Below, piece by piece: positions 8,330 to 17,723 of a stretch of DNA of 64,000 bases. Position 1 is the stretch's first letter. Every line of letters starts with the position of its first letter. The DNA comes from Phycisphaerales bacterium UBA5793 (GTDB lineage Bacteria > Planctomycetota > Phycisphaerae > Phycisphaerales > UBA5793), in assembly GCA_002418285.1 (NCBI GenBank), contig DIDT01000018.1, positions 90,309-154,308 on the forward strand, read 5' to 3'. Position numbers and translations under genes: made by a program. Below the pieces are notes generated by a model. That model was not told where the DNA came from. It saw nothing but the letters and a program-made list of their open reading frames with translations, and ran no database searches.

Positions 8330-9994
8330 ATGCTCGTGGGTACAACAACTCGAACACCAAGAGCCTGTTTCGCCATCCGCTTTGTCGGCTGGTGGAGCGT
8401 GGCGCTGCTGACTCTCTTCGTGGGCATGATTGCACGCGCCGCGCCCCAGGACGCGCCGCGCAATCCCGTCGCCGTCTGCGATGGTGAACATCTGTGGTTC
8501 TTCGAGGCATCGGGTTCGCCCGACAATGCACGCGTCGTTGTGCTCCACCACGGGCCTGGGGACGAGTCGCAGGAAGCGGAACAGGCGAGCATCGTTGAGG
8601 ACATGCCCGAAGCCGCGCTTGCGGTCGACGGGAGGCTCTACTGCATCTTTCGAGGAAGACGCGAACCGGCCGGCGGATTTCAGAATCGCTCCGTCTCCAC
8701 CATGAGGGCGGAGTCCTTTGACAATCGAACGAGAACCTGGGTGTACGAGCCCTCCCCGCGGGCCCGCACCGTGGCGGACCTGCCGGGTGCCGGGCGCATC
8801 GCGGGTTTCGTGGCAGATGGACGTGATCCGGTGGTGCTGCTCGTTCCGCGACCCAAGTTGGTCGAAGAGCCCCAGACCGCATCGCCGGATGAGAGTCAAG
8901 GTGAGTCGGCGGCTCCACCGGTGCTACCCAGGCTGCTTCGCCTCACTCTGAGTCAGGGGTGGCAGGAGATCGCGCTGCCGGATGGAGTTGACGGGCAGCA
9001 GCAGCTCGCGCTGGTTGCCGGCGCCACTCCAGTTCTGCTCGTCACTCCACTCAAGAGCTCCGGCGCCAACTCGCTGGGTTACACACTCCGAGCCGATGGA
9101 ACCTGGAGTTCCGAGCCCATCGAGATCGATGCCGGGCGCGTCATTGATTCTGCAGTTCATGAAGGGCAGACGTTTGTCGCGCTCCGATCCGTGGATGGCG
9201 GCGGGATCGAGATCGTCCTCGTGCGCGACGCACATGCCTATTCAATCATGCAGATCGAGCAATCGAGTCGCGAAGTTCGGCTAATCGACTTCGGGGCCAG
9301 CTTGGCGCTGGCTGTGGCGCCACCGGAAGGCGACCGGCTGATCGTCACTCCGATCGACGTGGAGAAAGGCGAACTCGAACCAGCGCTGGAGTTTCAGCAG
9401 CGGCTGCGGCCGGCGCTGGAGGACTTCAGCCTGCTCGTGCTGGTGGGGGCGCTGCTCTTTGCCAGTCTCATCATGTTCATCTTCAGGCCGGCCGATCCGA
9501 CGCGGATGACGGTGACGCTGCCCAAAGGCTCGCGGATTGCCGAGCCGCGGCGACGGATTGTCGCCTTGCTCATCGACCTGCTTCCCTCGGCGCTGTTGGC
9601 CAGTCTCATTCTCGATGTTCCGTTCACCCAGGTCATTGATATCACGCACATGCCGATGCGAGCCCACCACATCGAGCAGAGTTGGCCAATGCTGCTTATG
9701 TTCATCGTCTGCATCGCGCACTCCACCATGAGCGAACTGCTTTGGGGACGGACCTTGGGCAAGGCTCTGCTTGATTGCTGGGTCGTCACCATTGACGGCA
9801 AACGCGCAGGTGTCACGGGAATCCTCGTGCGCAACGCCATGAAATTCGTCGCCCTGAGTGTGCCGCTGCTGTTCCTGTTTGTCTACATCAACCAGTACCG
9901 CCAGCGACTGGGCGATCTCGCGGGGCGCACAATCGTCGTGACGCACCACGACGGCGTCGAACCATCCGACGCATCGATTGATCGCGACGGCTGA
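8330..9994 (+). CDS. RDD-family membrane protein with a large N-terminal extracytoplasmic domain
   Basis: ORF 8234..9994, start set at ATG 8330 (MLVGTTT...WWSVALLTLFVGMIARA signal/anchor). The C-terminal roughly 170 aa has an RDD-type pattern (RRRIVALLIDLLP ... RLGDLAGRTIVV) with 3-4 TM helices. Confidence 0.7.
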   Translation: MLVGTTTRTPRACFAIRFVGWWSVALLTLFVGMIARAAPQDAPRNPVAVCDGEHLWFFEASGSPDNARVVVLHHGPGDESQEAEQASIVEDMPEAALAVDGRLYCIFRGRREPAGGFQNRSVSTMRAESFDNRTRTWVYEPSPRARTVADLPGAGRIAGFVADGRDPVVLLVPRPKLVEEPQTASPDESQGESAAPPVLPRLLRLTLSQGWQEIALPDGVDGQQQLALVAGATPVLLVTPLKSSGANSLGYTLRADGTWSSEPIEIDAGRVIDSAVHEGQTFVALRSVDGGGIEIVLVRDAHAYSIMQIEQSSREVRLIDFGASLALAVAPPEGDRLIVTPIDVEKGELEPALEFQQRLRPALEDFSLLVLVGALLFASLIMFIFRPADPTRMTVTLPKGSRIAEPRRRIVALLIDLLPSALLASLILDVPFTQVIDITHMPMRAHHIEQSWPMLLMFIVCIAHSTMSELLWGRTLGKALLDCWVVTIDGKRAGVTGILVRNAMKFVALSVPLLFLFVYINQYRQRLGDLAGRTIVVTHHDGVEPSDASIDRDG

Positions 9995-10000
9995 TCGAAT

Positions 10001-11311
10001 TCAACGGGCCAGGTCGACGATGGCCTCGCCGAGCGTCCCAATCGCGGCGATCAGTTGGCGATCGGACAGGTACGGCGCCGGGCCGAGTCGGAGGATGCCG
10101 TTACGATGATCGGCAAACATCCCTCGCTTACGAAGTTGCTCGCACACGTCGCCCGCCCGAGGCGAAGTCAGGGCGAGGAACCCGCCCAGACGCGCCAGCG
10201 GAACTGAGCGGTCGCGCGAGATCACGGCCGGATCGGCGTCCAGCGCATCAAACTGCTCGGCAAGTAGACCCACCTGGTGCTGGCTGACTTGACGAAGCAA
10301 CCCCGGCGTGAGCCCCTGCGCGTCGAAGAAGTCCAGCACGCGCGCGGCCCGGTAGTGGCTCGTCGGGTCGTACGTGGCGCCAGCAAAGCGGCTGTCGCCA
10401 TCGGAGTACGCCACGCGGCCAGGGTGCGTGCGATCGGCGATCGCATCAAACTCCGCGTACCAGCCGGTGATGATTGGCCGCAGGCGGCATTCAGCGGGAA
10501 AGCGCAGGAAGCAATTGCCCTCACCACACTGAAGGTACTTGTAGCCGCCGCCAAGAACGAACGCGTGCTCGAGCCCCTCAATCAGGGACGACGTTGCGCC
10601 GCGCCGCTGCGCATTCGAAGTGTCAAAGTGCTGGAATGCATCAACGACATTCACGCTGTGGTACATGTCTACCAGCAAGGCAGCGCCCACGCGCGAGCAC
10701 GTCTCCGCCACGTCGTGCAGACCGGGTACGATCTGGCCGCTACGAAAAAGCACGTGCGAGACCATGACCAGAGCCGTCCGTTCATCAACCGCCTCGGCCA
10801 AGCGCATGGCGATATCCGCACTTGGCTGTGAAGGAATTTTGACGATCTGCAGCGGCTGCTCCTCGAACAGGCGGTCGAACTGTCGCCGGGCGCTGTGGTA
10901 TTCACCATCGGTTGTCACGATGCGCGGCCTCTCGCGCAGGGGCAGCGCCGAAAGGAGGCGAATGAGCAGATCGTGCGTACTGGAGGCAAAGGCGTAACAC
11001 CCATCGCGGTCGCCAAGCCGCTCCATCAACCCCCGCTTGTAGCGATCGCGTTTCTCAAACGCGCGTGGCCATTTGTCGTCGACGTATCTCGCCGCGTCCT
11101 GCCAGGCTTCGAGTTGTCCTTCCAGGGCGCAGTCTGGCCAGGCCTGGTGGGAGTGGCCGGTGAGCAGCAGGCGGTTGGAGACGTCGAAGCGCGTGTAATG
11201 CGGGGCCAGCGCGTTTTCATCCGCGTACAGATCCTTAGGCGAAAGCGAGGGCGCAATCTGTTCAGAATCATCGCTGGGAGCCGCATGCGTCTTCGCATTG
11301 CCTTGTGGCAT
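10001..11311 (-). CDS. Kynureninase-like PLP-dependent enzyme (aminotransferase class V fold)
   Basis: ORF 10001..11467, start set at ATG 11311 (MPQGNAK...), 12 nt downstream of the TDO stop. It has 'LLTGHSHQAWPD' and an 'MVSHVLFRSGQ' PLP-fold pattern. The context directly after tryptophan 2,3-dioxygenase supports the call. Confidence 0.6.
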   Translation of the reverse strand: MPQGNAKTHAAPSDDSEQIAPSLSPKDLYADENALAPHYTRFDVSNRLLLTGHSHQAWPDCALEGQLEAWQDAARYVDDKWPRAFEKRDRYKRGLMERLGDRDGCYAFASSTHDLLIRLLSALPLRERPRIVTTDGEYHSARRQFDRLFEEQPLQIVKIPSQPSADIAMRLAEAVDERTALVMVSHVLFRSGQIVPGLHDVAETCSRVGAALLVDMYHSVNVVDAFQHFDTSNAQRRGATSSLIEGLEHAFVLGGGYKYLQCGEGNCFLRFPAECRLRPIITGWYAEFDAIADRTHPGRVAYSDGDSRFAGATYDPTSHYRAARVLDFFDAQGLTPGLLRQVSQHQVGLLAEQFDALDADPAVISRDRSVPLARLGGFLALTSPRAGDVCEQLRKRGMFADHRNGILRLGPAPYLSDRQLIAAIGTLGEAIVDLAR

Positions 11312-11322
11312 TGCTGGAATCC

Positions 11323-12126
11323 TCAAAGGTGAATGCGGATGGCCCACAGGTCCGGAAACAGTGGTCGGAAGAGCGTCTGGCGCAGATACTCGGCCCCGGC
11401 CGACCCGCCCGTACCCGGTTTGGTCCCGATGGTGCGCTCGACCATCTTGACATGCCGATAGCGCCACTCCTGCAGGCCTTCATCGAGATCAATGAGGCGC
11501 TCGCAGACCTGCGCGCACAGGGGACTGCTGCGATAGACCTGCACAAGGGCTTCCTGCAGAGTCTCGTTGGGTTCCCAACGCTGCGTCACATCCCGCGCGA
11601 GCAGTTCCGGCGGCACGGCAAATCCATTGGCATCCAGAAATCGCAAAAACGAATCAAACAGCGTTGGTTCGCTCAGGCGCCGCACCAGTCTCGTGCGCGA
11701 TGGGCTGCCTTCCGGTTGCGCGGCTATCGCGCCCGGCTGGCGGTGCCCAAGAATGAACTCCACCTCGCGAAACTGACCCGATTGAAAACCACTGGCGCTC
11801 TCGAGACGGCCACGAAAGGAGTTGAATGACAGGGGGGTCATGGTTTCAAGAATGTCCACTTGGCCGACGAGCGTCTTGAGGATCGTGAGAATGCGCTTGA
11901 AGGTGTGCAGGGATGCCGGAGCATCATTGGCTTCGAGTGTCGAGCGCAGGTGGTCCAGCTCGTGCAGGACCTGCTTGAACCACAGTTCGTACACCTGGTG
12001 AATGATGATGAAGAGCATCTCGTCGTGCTCGGGCCGGCCATCTTCTGCCTTCGACAGTCGATCCTGGCACGACAGCAATTCGTCGATCTTCAGGTAATTC
12101 GAGTAGGTCACAGCCGGGTTAGTCAT
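11323..12126 (-). CDS. kynA: Tryptophan 2,3-dioxygenase
   Basis: It has 'YSNYLKIDELLSCQ', 'EHDEMLFIIIHQVYELWFKQVLHELD' and 'GTGGSAGAEYL', all highly characteristic TDO motifs. Confidence 0.9.
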   Translation of the reverse strand: MTNPAVTYSNYLKIDELLSCQDRLSKAEDGRPEHDEMLFIIIHQVYELWFKQVLHELDHLRSTLEANDAPASLHTFKRILTILKTLVGQVDILETMTPLSFNSFRGRLESASGFQSGQFREVEFILGHRQPGAIAAQPEGSPSRTRLVRRLSEPTLFDSFLRFLDANGFAVPPELLARDVTQRWEPNETLQEALVQVYRSSPLCAQVCERLIDLDEGLQEWRYRHVKMVERTIGTKPGTGGSAGAEYLRQTLFRPLFPDLWAIRIHL

Positions 12127-12203
12127 GCGGGCTCCGGGGGGCGTCTGTCGGGTCGATTTCCGGGCATGGCCGTGCCCGGGCTTTGGCCTACGATGGTCGT
12201 GCC

Positions 12204-12905
12204 ATGATCAACAAAGTCTATGCGACACCTGACGCCGCGCTCGATGGCCTGCTCCGTGACGGGATGACCGTGATGGTGGGAGGTTTTGGACTCTGCGGCA
12301 TTCCCGAAAAACTCATCCTCGCTCTGCGCGACAGCGCCACCAGGGAGATCACGGCCATCTCCAACAATGCCGGCGTGGATGACTGGGGCCTGGGCCTGCT
12401 GCTGCAGACGCGGCAGATCCGCAAGATGGTCTCCACCTACGTCGGGGAGAATGACGAATTCGCCCGGCAGTTCCTCTCCGGTGAACTGGAGATCGAGTTT
12501 GTCCCGCAGGGAACATTCGCGGAGCGGATTCGTGCCGGCGGCGCGGGCATCCCCGCGTTCTTTACCCGCACTGCGGTCGGCACGCCGCTGGCCGAGGGCA
12601 AAGAGCACCACGACTTCGACGGCCACACCTACGTCATGGAGCGATGGCTCAAGGCCGATGTCGCGCTGGTTAAGGCATGGAAGGCCGACACCGTTGGCAA
12701 CCTCGTCTTCCGCAAGACGGCAAGGAACTTCAATCCGATGATGGCCATGGCGGGCACCGTGACTGTGGCTGAGGTCGAGGAGATCGTTCCCGTCGGCTCG
12801 ATCGATCCGGACTCGGTTCACACGGCCGGCATCTTCGTGGATCGCATCGTCAAGACGGACAGCGAAAAGCGCATCGAGCAGCGCACGATCACGCCGCGCA
12901 GCTAG
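12204..12905 (+). CDS. scoA: 3-oxoacid CoA-transferase subunit A
   Basis: [38 protein letters not shown]..., followed by [26 protein letters not shown]. Start set at ATG 12204. Confidence 0.9.
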   Translation: [233 protein letters not shown]

Positions 12906-12981
12906 CAGACACTCGCCGGACCAAGGCCACACTGATCGAGCGATTGGTTCGACGCGACAGCAATCAGATTCGGAGCAACGC

Positions 12982-13650
12982 ATGCCTCTGACACGAGACC
13001 AGATCACCAAGCGAGCCGCCCGTGAATTGCAGGACGGCTTTTATGTCAACCTCGGAATCGGAATGCCGACTCTTGTGGCTAATCACGTGCCGACTGGCAT
13101 GCAGGTGTGGCTGCAATCCGAGAACGGCCTGCTGGGCATGGGCCGCTTCCCGTACGATGATGAGGTCGATGCCGATCTTATCAATGCCGGCAAGCAGACC
13201 GTTACGGCGGTGCCCGGTGCTTCGTACTTTGACGGCGCCACGTCCTTTGCCATGATTCGCGGTGGACACGTCGACATGGCCATTCTCGGCGCCATGGAGA
13301 TCAGCGAAGCGGGTGACATCGCCAATTGGATGGTGCCCGGCAAGATGGTCAAGGGAGTCGGCGGAGCGATGGATCTCGTGGCGGGTGTGAAGCGCGTGGT
13401 CGTGACCATGGAGCATACGACCAAGAAGGGCGGCCCCAAGATCATCCCCATGTGTACCCTGCCGCTTACGGGCAAGGACTGCATTGACATGATTATCACC
13501 GACCTGTGCGTGATGCACCGGCGCGAGCGCGACGGCGTGAAACGCTTTGAGGTGACAGAAATCGCCCCCGACGTGACGCGCGATCAGATCGAGCAGGCCA
13601 CTTCTGCACAGTTCTGGTGGTCGCCTGACCTCAAGATCGTCGACGTCTGA
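12982..13650 (+). CDS. scoB: 3-oxoacid CoA-transferase subunit B
   Basis: It has 'YVNLGIGMPTLVANH', 'LQSENGLLG' (catalytic Glu motif) and 'GAMDLV'. It is adjacent to subunit A. Confidence 0.9.
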   Translation: MPLTRDQITKRAARELQDGFYVNLGIGMPTLVANHVPTGMQVWLQSENGLLGMGRFPYDDEVDADLINAGKQTVTAVPGASYFDGATSFAMIRGGHVDMAILGAMEISEAGDIANWMVPGKMVKGVGGAMDLVAGVKRVVVTMEHTTKKGGPKIIPMCTLPLTGKDCIDMIITDLCVMHRRERDGVKRFEVTEIAPDVTRDQIEQATSAQFWWSPDLKIVDV

Positions 13651-13717
13651 CCGCTGGTCAATCCGATAACCGGGGATCCTGTCGACTGTGCGGCCGCTGC
13701 GCGTCGTATGGCCATCT

Positions 13718-13733
13718 TGGCACCAGCTCGGCT
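13718..13733 (+). promoter_or_regulatory. Candidate sigma54-type (-24/-12) promoter upstream of the secretion operon
   Basis: TGGCACcagctcgGCtt: a perfect TGGCAC -24 element with GC at the correct 12-nt offset. It lies 92 nt upstream of ATG 13825. The -12 element is only partial (cgGC versus ttGC). Confidence 0.25.
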
Positions 13734-13824
13734 TGAATGCGTCCGGAGTATTCGCCGATATCCACATCAGTTGGATCGCGCCGCCTTCGCGCGCTGATCC
13801 GTTCGGCGGAGGTGGATCGGCGAT

Positions 13825-14325
13825 ATGGTTGGCCAGTCAGACCTGACAGTCCGGCAGTTCGAACGCAACGAGGTTGTGCTGGAGGGTGAATTCGAGGTCG
13901 CGGAAGCGCACCGCGGACAGGTCACGTTTTCCGGACGCGATGCGGCCGTGATCGATGCGCGCACACTTCGCATCACGGTGTCGGACGTGGGCGCCGGAGG
14001 CATCGGTTTTCAGTCCCCAATGTACCTCCCCCGGCAACTCCGCGGAATCGTGCGAATCTTCGACCCGACGCGCCACGGCGAAGACTCCGACGAACATGCC
14101 GTTCATTGCATCGCATTTGAACACCTCGTTCGGATTCGGCGCTGTGATCTGACAAGTCGCCTGCCGTCTTACTTCGTCGGTTCTGCCTTTGAGAATGCCG
14201 ACGAGCGGTTCGACGAGTCGCTGGCATCGCTCATGGATCGCATTTCGACCTCCATGCAGGATCGCATGATCGAGCAGCACAGTCAGCGCGGCTTCGGCCC
14301 GGATCGGGGGGGCGACCGTGTATGA
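13825..14325 (+). CDS. PilZ-domain-like protein
   Basis: 'RQFER' (RxxxR) near the N-terminus and 'VSDVGAGGIGF' (D-x-S/G-x-x-G-like). GGAGG RBS. The 3' end overlaps the gspE start by 8 nt. Confidence 0.55.
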   Translation: MVGQSDLTVRQFERNEVVLEGEFEVAEAHRGQVTFSGRDAAVIDARTLRITVSDVGAGGIGFQSPMYLPRQLRGIVRIFDPTRHGEDSDEHAVHCIAFEHLVRIRRCDLTSRLPSYFVGSAFENADERFDESLASLMDRISTSMQDRMIEQHSQRGFGPDRGGDRV

Positions 14326-16003
14326 GTCCACCGAATTCCTCGGTAAGGCGCTCGTCGAAGAGGGGTTGATTGATCGCGCACAACTTGAGCAGGCGATTTC
14401 ACTCGCCGCCGAGGCGGATTGCACCTTGGATGAAGCGATTGAGACGCTGGCGATGCTCCCTGCGTCGCGCGTGGCGCTGACCAAGGCCCAGATCTGTGAA
14501 GCGCCCTACGCCGACATCTCGCAGTATGAGATCAACTTATCAAACTGTCGGTTGATCCCCCGATCGCTGGCTCAACAGCACCTTTGTATCCCATTGTTCG
14601 TCATTGACGGTGTCATGGCGCTGGGTATCGAAGATCCGCTCAATCTGCAGGCGCTCGATCAGGTGCGCCAACTCGTTCGCCGCGAAGTCGATCCCGTCCT
14701 GTGCGAGCCCAAGGCGCTGCGGGAACTCATCGAGCGTGCCTATGCCCTGACCGACGGGAGCGAGGAGGCAATCAAGATCGATTCCCCCTCCGCAGACGGC
14801 GAAGACAGCGGTCCGATTGTCGCCGCGGTCAACACGCTGCTGCTCGACGCGATTCGAAGTGGAGCTTCGGACATCCACATCAATCCGGATCCGACGGAGA
14901 TGCATATCCGGTACCGCATCGACGGGGTGCTGCACAAACGCCAGGGACCCCCGCTGAGCATGCACGCCAAGATTGTTCAGCGCCTCAAGGTCATGGCGGG
15001 ACTCGACGTCACGCAGACCCGCCGGCCGCAGGACGGCAAGTTTCGCTTCACCCACTGTGAGCGTCGGGTGGATATCCGCCTGAGCATCCTGCCAACCATC
15101 ACGGGTGAGAATGCAGTGATTCGCATCCTCAACGCCAACAGCACGATTCTGAGCTTCACTGACCTCGGCATCGATCCGGCCACCAGTACGCAGATCGAAC
15201 AAATCCTGGCCCTGCCGTATGGCATGCTGCTCGTCACCGGCCCGACGGGCAGCGGCAAGACCACGACGCTCTACAGCGCGATCGCGCAGATCAATACCCT
15301 CGAGCTCAACATCATCACGATTGAGGATCCCGTCGAAATCCGCATGCCCCTTGTGCGACAGGTACAGGTGAATCCGGAAATCGGACTGACGTTTGCATCG
15401 ACGCTGCGGTCCGTGCTCCGTCAGGATCCTGACGTCGTGCTTGTCGGTGAGATTCGTGATGAGGAGACCGCGGCCATAGCCTTGCAGGCCTCCCTGACCG
15501 GCCACCTCGTGCTCTCCACCCTTCACACGAATGACGCAGCGGGCGCGATTGCTCGATTGACAGACTTCGGACTGCCGCCGTTCGTTATCAACTCTGCAGT
15601 GTCCGGCGTGTTGGCGCAGCGCCTGGTGCGGCGCGTGTGCGACCACTGCGCCGTCGAGGATCAACCATCGCCTCTGCAACTGGCCCAATTCAGCTTGCCC
15701 GATACCCGGGGCCTGCGACGCGGTCGAGGCTGCGCTCGATGCCTTCAGAGCGGGTATCACGGCCGCATCGGCCTGTACGAACTGCTCCGCTTTACCCCGC
15801 ATGTGCAGGAAGTCATCGCGGCCGGCGCCTCGACGGATGACATTCGCCAGGTGGCGGTCCACGAAGGGGCAAGACTCATGTGGCACGATGGGTTGGACAA
15901 GGCCCGCCTCGGACTGACGACACTCGATGAAGTCGCCCGCATGGTATTGCTCAACGAAACGACGCAAGTCATCACCGCTGCTCCACAGAGGAGGTCCGCA
16001 TGA
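14318..16003 (+). CDS. gspE: Type II secretion/type IV pilus assembly ATPase (GspE/PilB family)
   Basis: Walker A 'VTGPTGSGKTTT', Asp/His boxes, a tetracysteine 'CDHCAVED...CARCLQSGYHGR', and an N-terminal T2SSE_N/MshEN-like 'FLGKALVEEGLIDRAQLEQAI'. GTG start at 14318. Confidence 0.95.
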   Translation: MYESTEFLGKALVEEGLIDRAQLEQAISLAAEADCTLDEAIETLAMLPASRVALTKAQICEAPYADISQYEINLSNCRLIPRSLAQQHLCIPLFVIDGVMALGIEDPLNLQALDQVRQLVRREVDPVLCEPKALRELIERAYALTDGSEEAIKIDSPSADGEDSGPIVAAVNTLLLDAIRSGASDIHINPDPTEMHIRYRIDGVLHKRQGPPLSMHAKIVQRLKVMAGLDVTQTRRPQDGKFRFTHCERRVDIRLSILPTITGENAVIRILNANSTILSFTDLGIDPATSTQIEQILALPYGMLLVTGPTGSGKTTTLYSAIAQINTLELNIITIEDPVEIRMPLVRQVQVNPEIGLTFASTLRSVLRQDPDVVLVGEIRDEETAAIALQASLTGHLVLSTLHTNDAAGAIARLTDFGLPPFVINSAVSGVLAQRLVRRVCDHCAVEDQPSPLQLAQFSLPDTRGLRRGRGCARCLQSGYHGRIGLYELLRFTPHVQEVIAAGASTDDIRQVAVHEGARLMWHDGLDKARLGLTTLDEVARMVLLNETTQVITAAPQRRSA

Positions 16004-17202
16004 CTGCGCTGAGCTACGAATTCAAGGCTGTTGACTCACGCGGTCACACGCGCACCGGCATGACGGAGGCCAACTCCTGGGACGAGGCGTACCGACGAGT
16101 CGTGTCAACCGGATTGACTCCCGTTTCGGTCAAGGAACATCGCCGTCGACGCAAGGGTCGGCTGCATCGCATCACGCTTCGCGATGTGAGCCAGTTTACG
16201 TACCAACTCTCAGTGTTGATCGAGGCACGGATTCCCATTGCCGAGGGTTTGAGATCGATCGCGCGCGAGGAGTCCAACGCAGCGTTGGCGTCCATGATCG
16301 AAGACATCGCCGCCGGCATCGCAACGGGCAGTAGCGTCACAGCTGCCATGAGCGGGTATCGCGACGTGTTTGGCGATGTGTACATCGAGACCATCAACGC
16401 CGCGGAGAAGAGCGGCAATCTCGTTCGCATCCTAAGCCACCTGGCGGAGATGCTCGATCGCGAGGTCGAGACGCGAGCCAGCCTGCGGTCGGCGTTAATG
16501 TACCCCATCTGCGTCTTTGTTGCCCTGATAGCAGCAGTGACTTTTCTGATGATCTTTGTGGTGCCGCGATTCGTGACCATGTTTGAGTCACGCGGAATCG
16601 ATCTGCCGCTGGCGACGCGCGTCGTTATCGGAATGAGTCATGCCATCACGTCATACTGGTGGATCATTGCCGGTTCAGCGGTCATCGCAGTGGTCGTTCT
16701 AAGGCGAGTCGCGTCCACGGCTCATGGCAGCCTGTTGCTGGACCGATGCGTGCATCGGTTGCCGATCGTCCGCGGCGCGCTGCAGTCGGCAGCCCTGGCG
16801 CGATTCGCCCATGTATTTGGATTGTCGATCTCCAGTGGCCTCTCGATGATGGACTGCCTGGAGATGGGTGGACGCGCCGCAGGGCGACCCTTGTTGCTCC
16901 AGGACGCTCGGCGCCTGGCGACCCAGGTGTCACAGGGAGGAAGGCTTGGCGAAGTGTTGCAGGATTGCCCGTACATCTCGGGATTCGCCCGTCGGTTGAT
17001 CTCGGCCGGCGAACAATCCGCCGAGCTGCCGAACATGTGTCGCATCATTGCCCGACACTACGACCGTGAGGTGACGTACATCACACGCAATATGGCGACC
17101 CTGATTGAACCAATCGTCGTGCTTGCTCTCGCGGCGATGGTGCTCGGCCTGGCGCTGGCGATATTCCTGCCCATGTGGAACTCGATGGCTCTTCTCGGAT
17201 GA
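16000..17202 (+). CDS. gspF: Type II secretion/T4P platform protein (GspF/PilC family)
   Basis: ATGA overlap with the gspE stop. Two T2SSF-type repeats and 3 TM segments; about 400 aa. Confidence 0.9.
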   Translation: MTALSYEFKAVDSRGHTRTGMTEANSWDEAYRRVVSTGLTPVSVKEHRRRRKGRLHRITLRDVSQFTYQLSVLIEARIPIAEGLRSIAREESNAALASMIEDIAAGIATGSSVTAAMSGYRDVFGDVYIETINAAEKSGNLVRILSHLAEMLDREVETRASLRSALMYPICVFVALIAAVTFLMIFVVPRFVTMFESRGIDLPLATRVVIGMSHAITSYWWIIAGSAVIAVVVLRRVASTAHGSLLLDRCVHRLPIVRGALQSAALARFAHVFGLSISSGLSMMDCLEMGGRAAGRPLLLQDARRLATQVSQGGRLGEVLQDCPYISGFARRLISAGEQSAELPNMCRIIARHYDREVTYITRNMATLIEPIVVLALAAMVLGLALAIFLPMWNSMALLG

Positions 17203-17288
17203 CAAGTGTGGTGAGGCGCCGTTTGGACGCCGGATCAATTGAAGTACCGTGGCGGATTGGAACTGGTTTGGATCAACTGGAGGTAGTG

Positions 17289-17720
17289 ATGATGGACTCC
17301 ATTCGAATTGGACGTGGTGGACGACGGGCCTTTACGCTCATCGAGCTCATTGCCGTGATTGTCGTGCTGGCGATTCTCTCCGGCGTGGCGCTTCCGAAAT
17401 TCTTCGACTACTCGGCCAAGGCCAAGGAATCGGCGTGCCGCGGCGCGCTCGGTGGAGTGCGCAGTGCGATCGCCAACTTCTACAGCAATTCGGCGGTGGC
17501 CGGCTCGCCGGCGTACCCGAGCCTTGCGGAACTTCGCACGGCGGGCACCGTCATGCAGGAAGCCATTCCCGAGAACCCGTACAACGGCGACAGCCGCATT
17601 CGCGCCGCTTCGTGGGATGCGAACAATCCCTCCGTTTCCGGGAACCGCGGCTGGTGTTACGACGAAGCGACTGGTAAGTTCTGGCCCAATACCAACCTGT
17701 TGGGCGAGAACATCTGGTGA
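17289..17720 (+). CDS. gspG: Major pseudopilin/pilin with prepilin N-terminal methylation motif (GspG-like)
   Basis: ORF 17175..17720, start set at ATG 17289. It has 'GRRAFTLIELIAVIVVLAILSGVALPKF'. Confidence 0.85.
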   Translation: MMDSIRIGRGGRRAFTLIELIAVIVVLAILSGVALPKFFDYSAKAKESACRGALGGVRSAIANFYSNSAVAGSPAYPSLAELRTAGTVMQEAIPENPYNGDSRIRAASWDANNPSVSGNRGWCYDEATGKFWPNTNLLGENIW

Positions 17721-17723
17721 TTC

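Noticed and set aside
7380-8918. 512-aa ORF on the - strand
   Set aside because: It is fully antisense to the lipoprotein and RDD genes. It is extremely Arg/Pro/Ala-rich with no motifs, which is typical of a stop-poor antisense frame in GC-rich DNA.
12123-13767. 295-aa and 267-aa ORFs on the - strand
   Set aside because: They are antisense to scoA and scoB, which carry textbook CoA-transferase motifs.
14540-15967. 475-aa ORF on the - strand
   Set aside because: It is antisense to the unambiguous GspE ATPase gene and has an Arg/Gly/Asp-rich nonsense composition.
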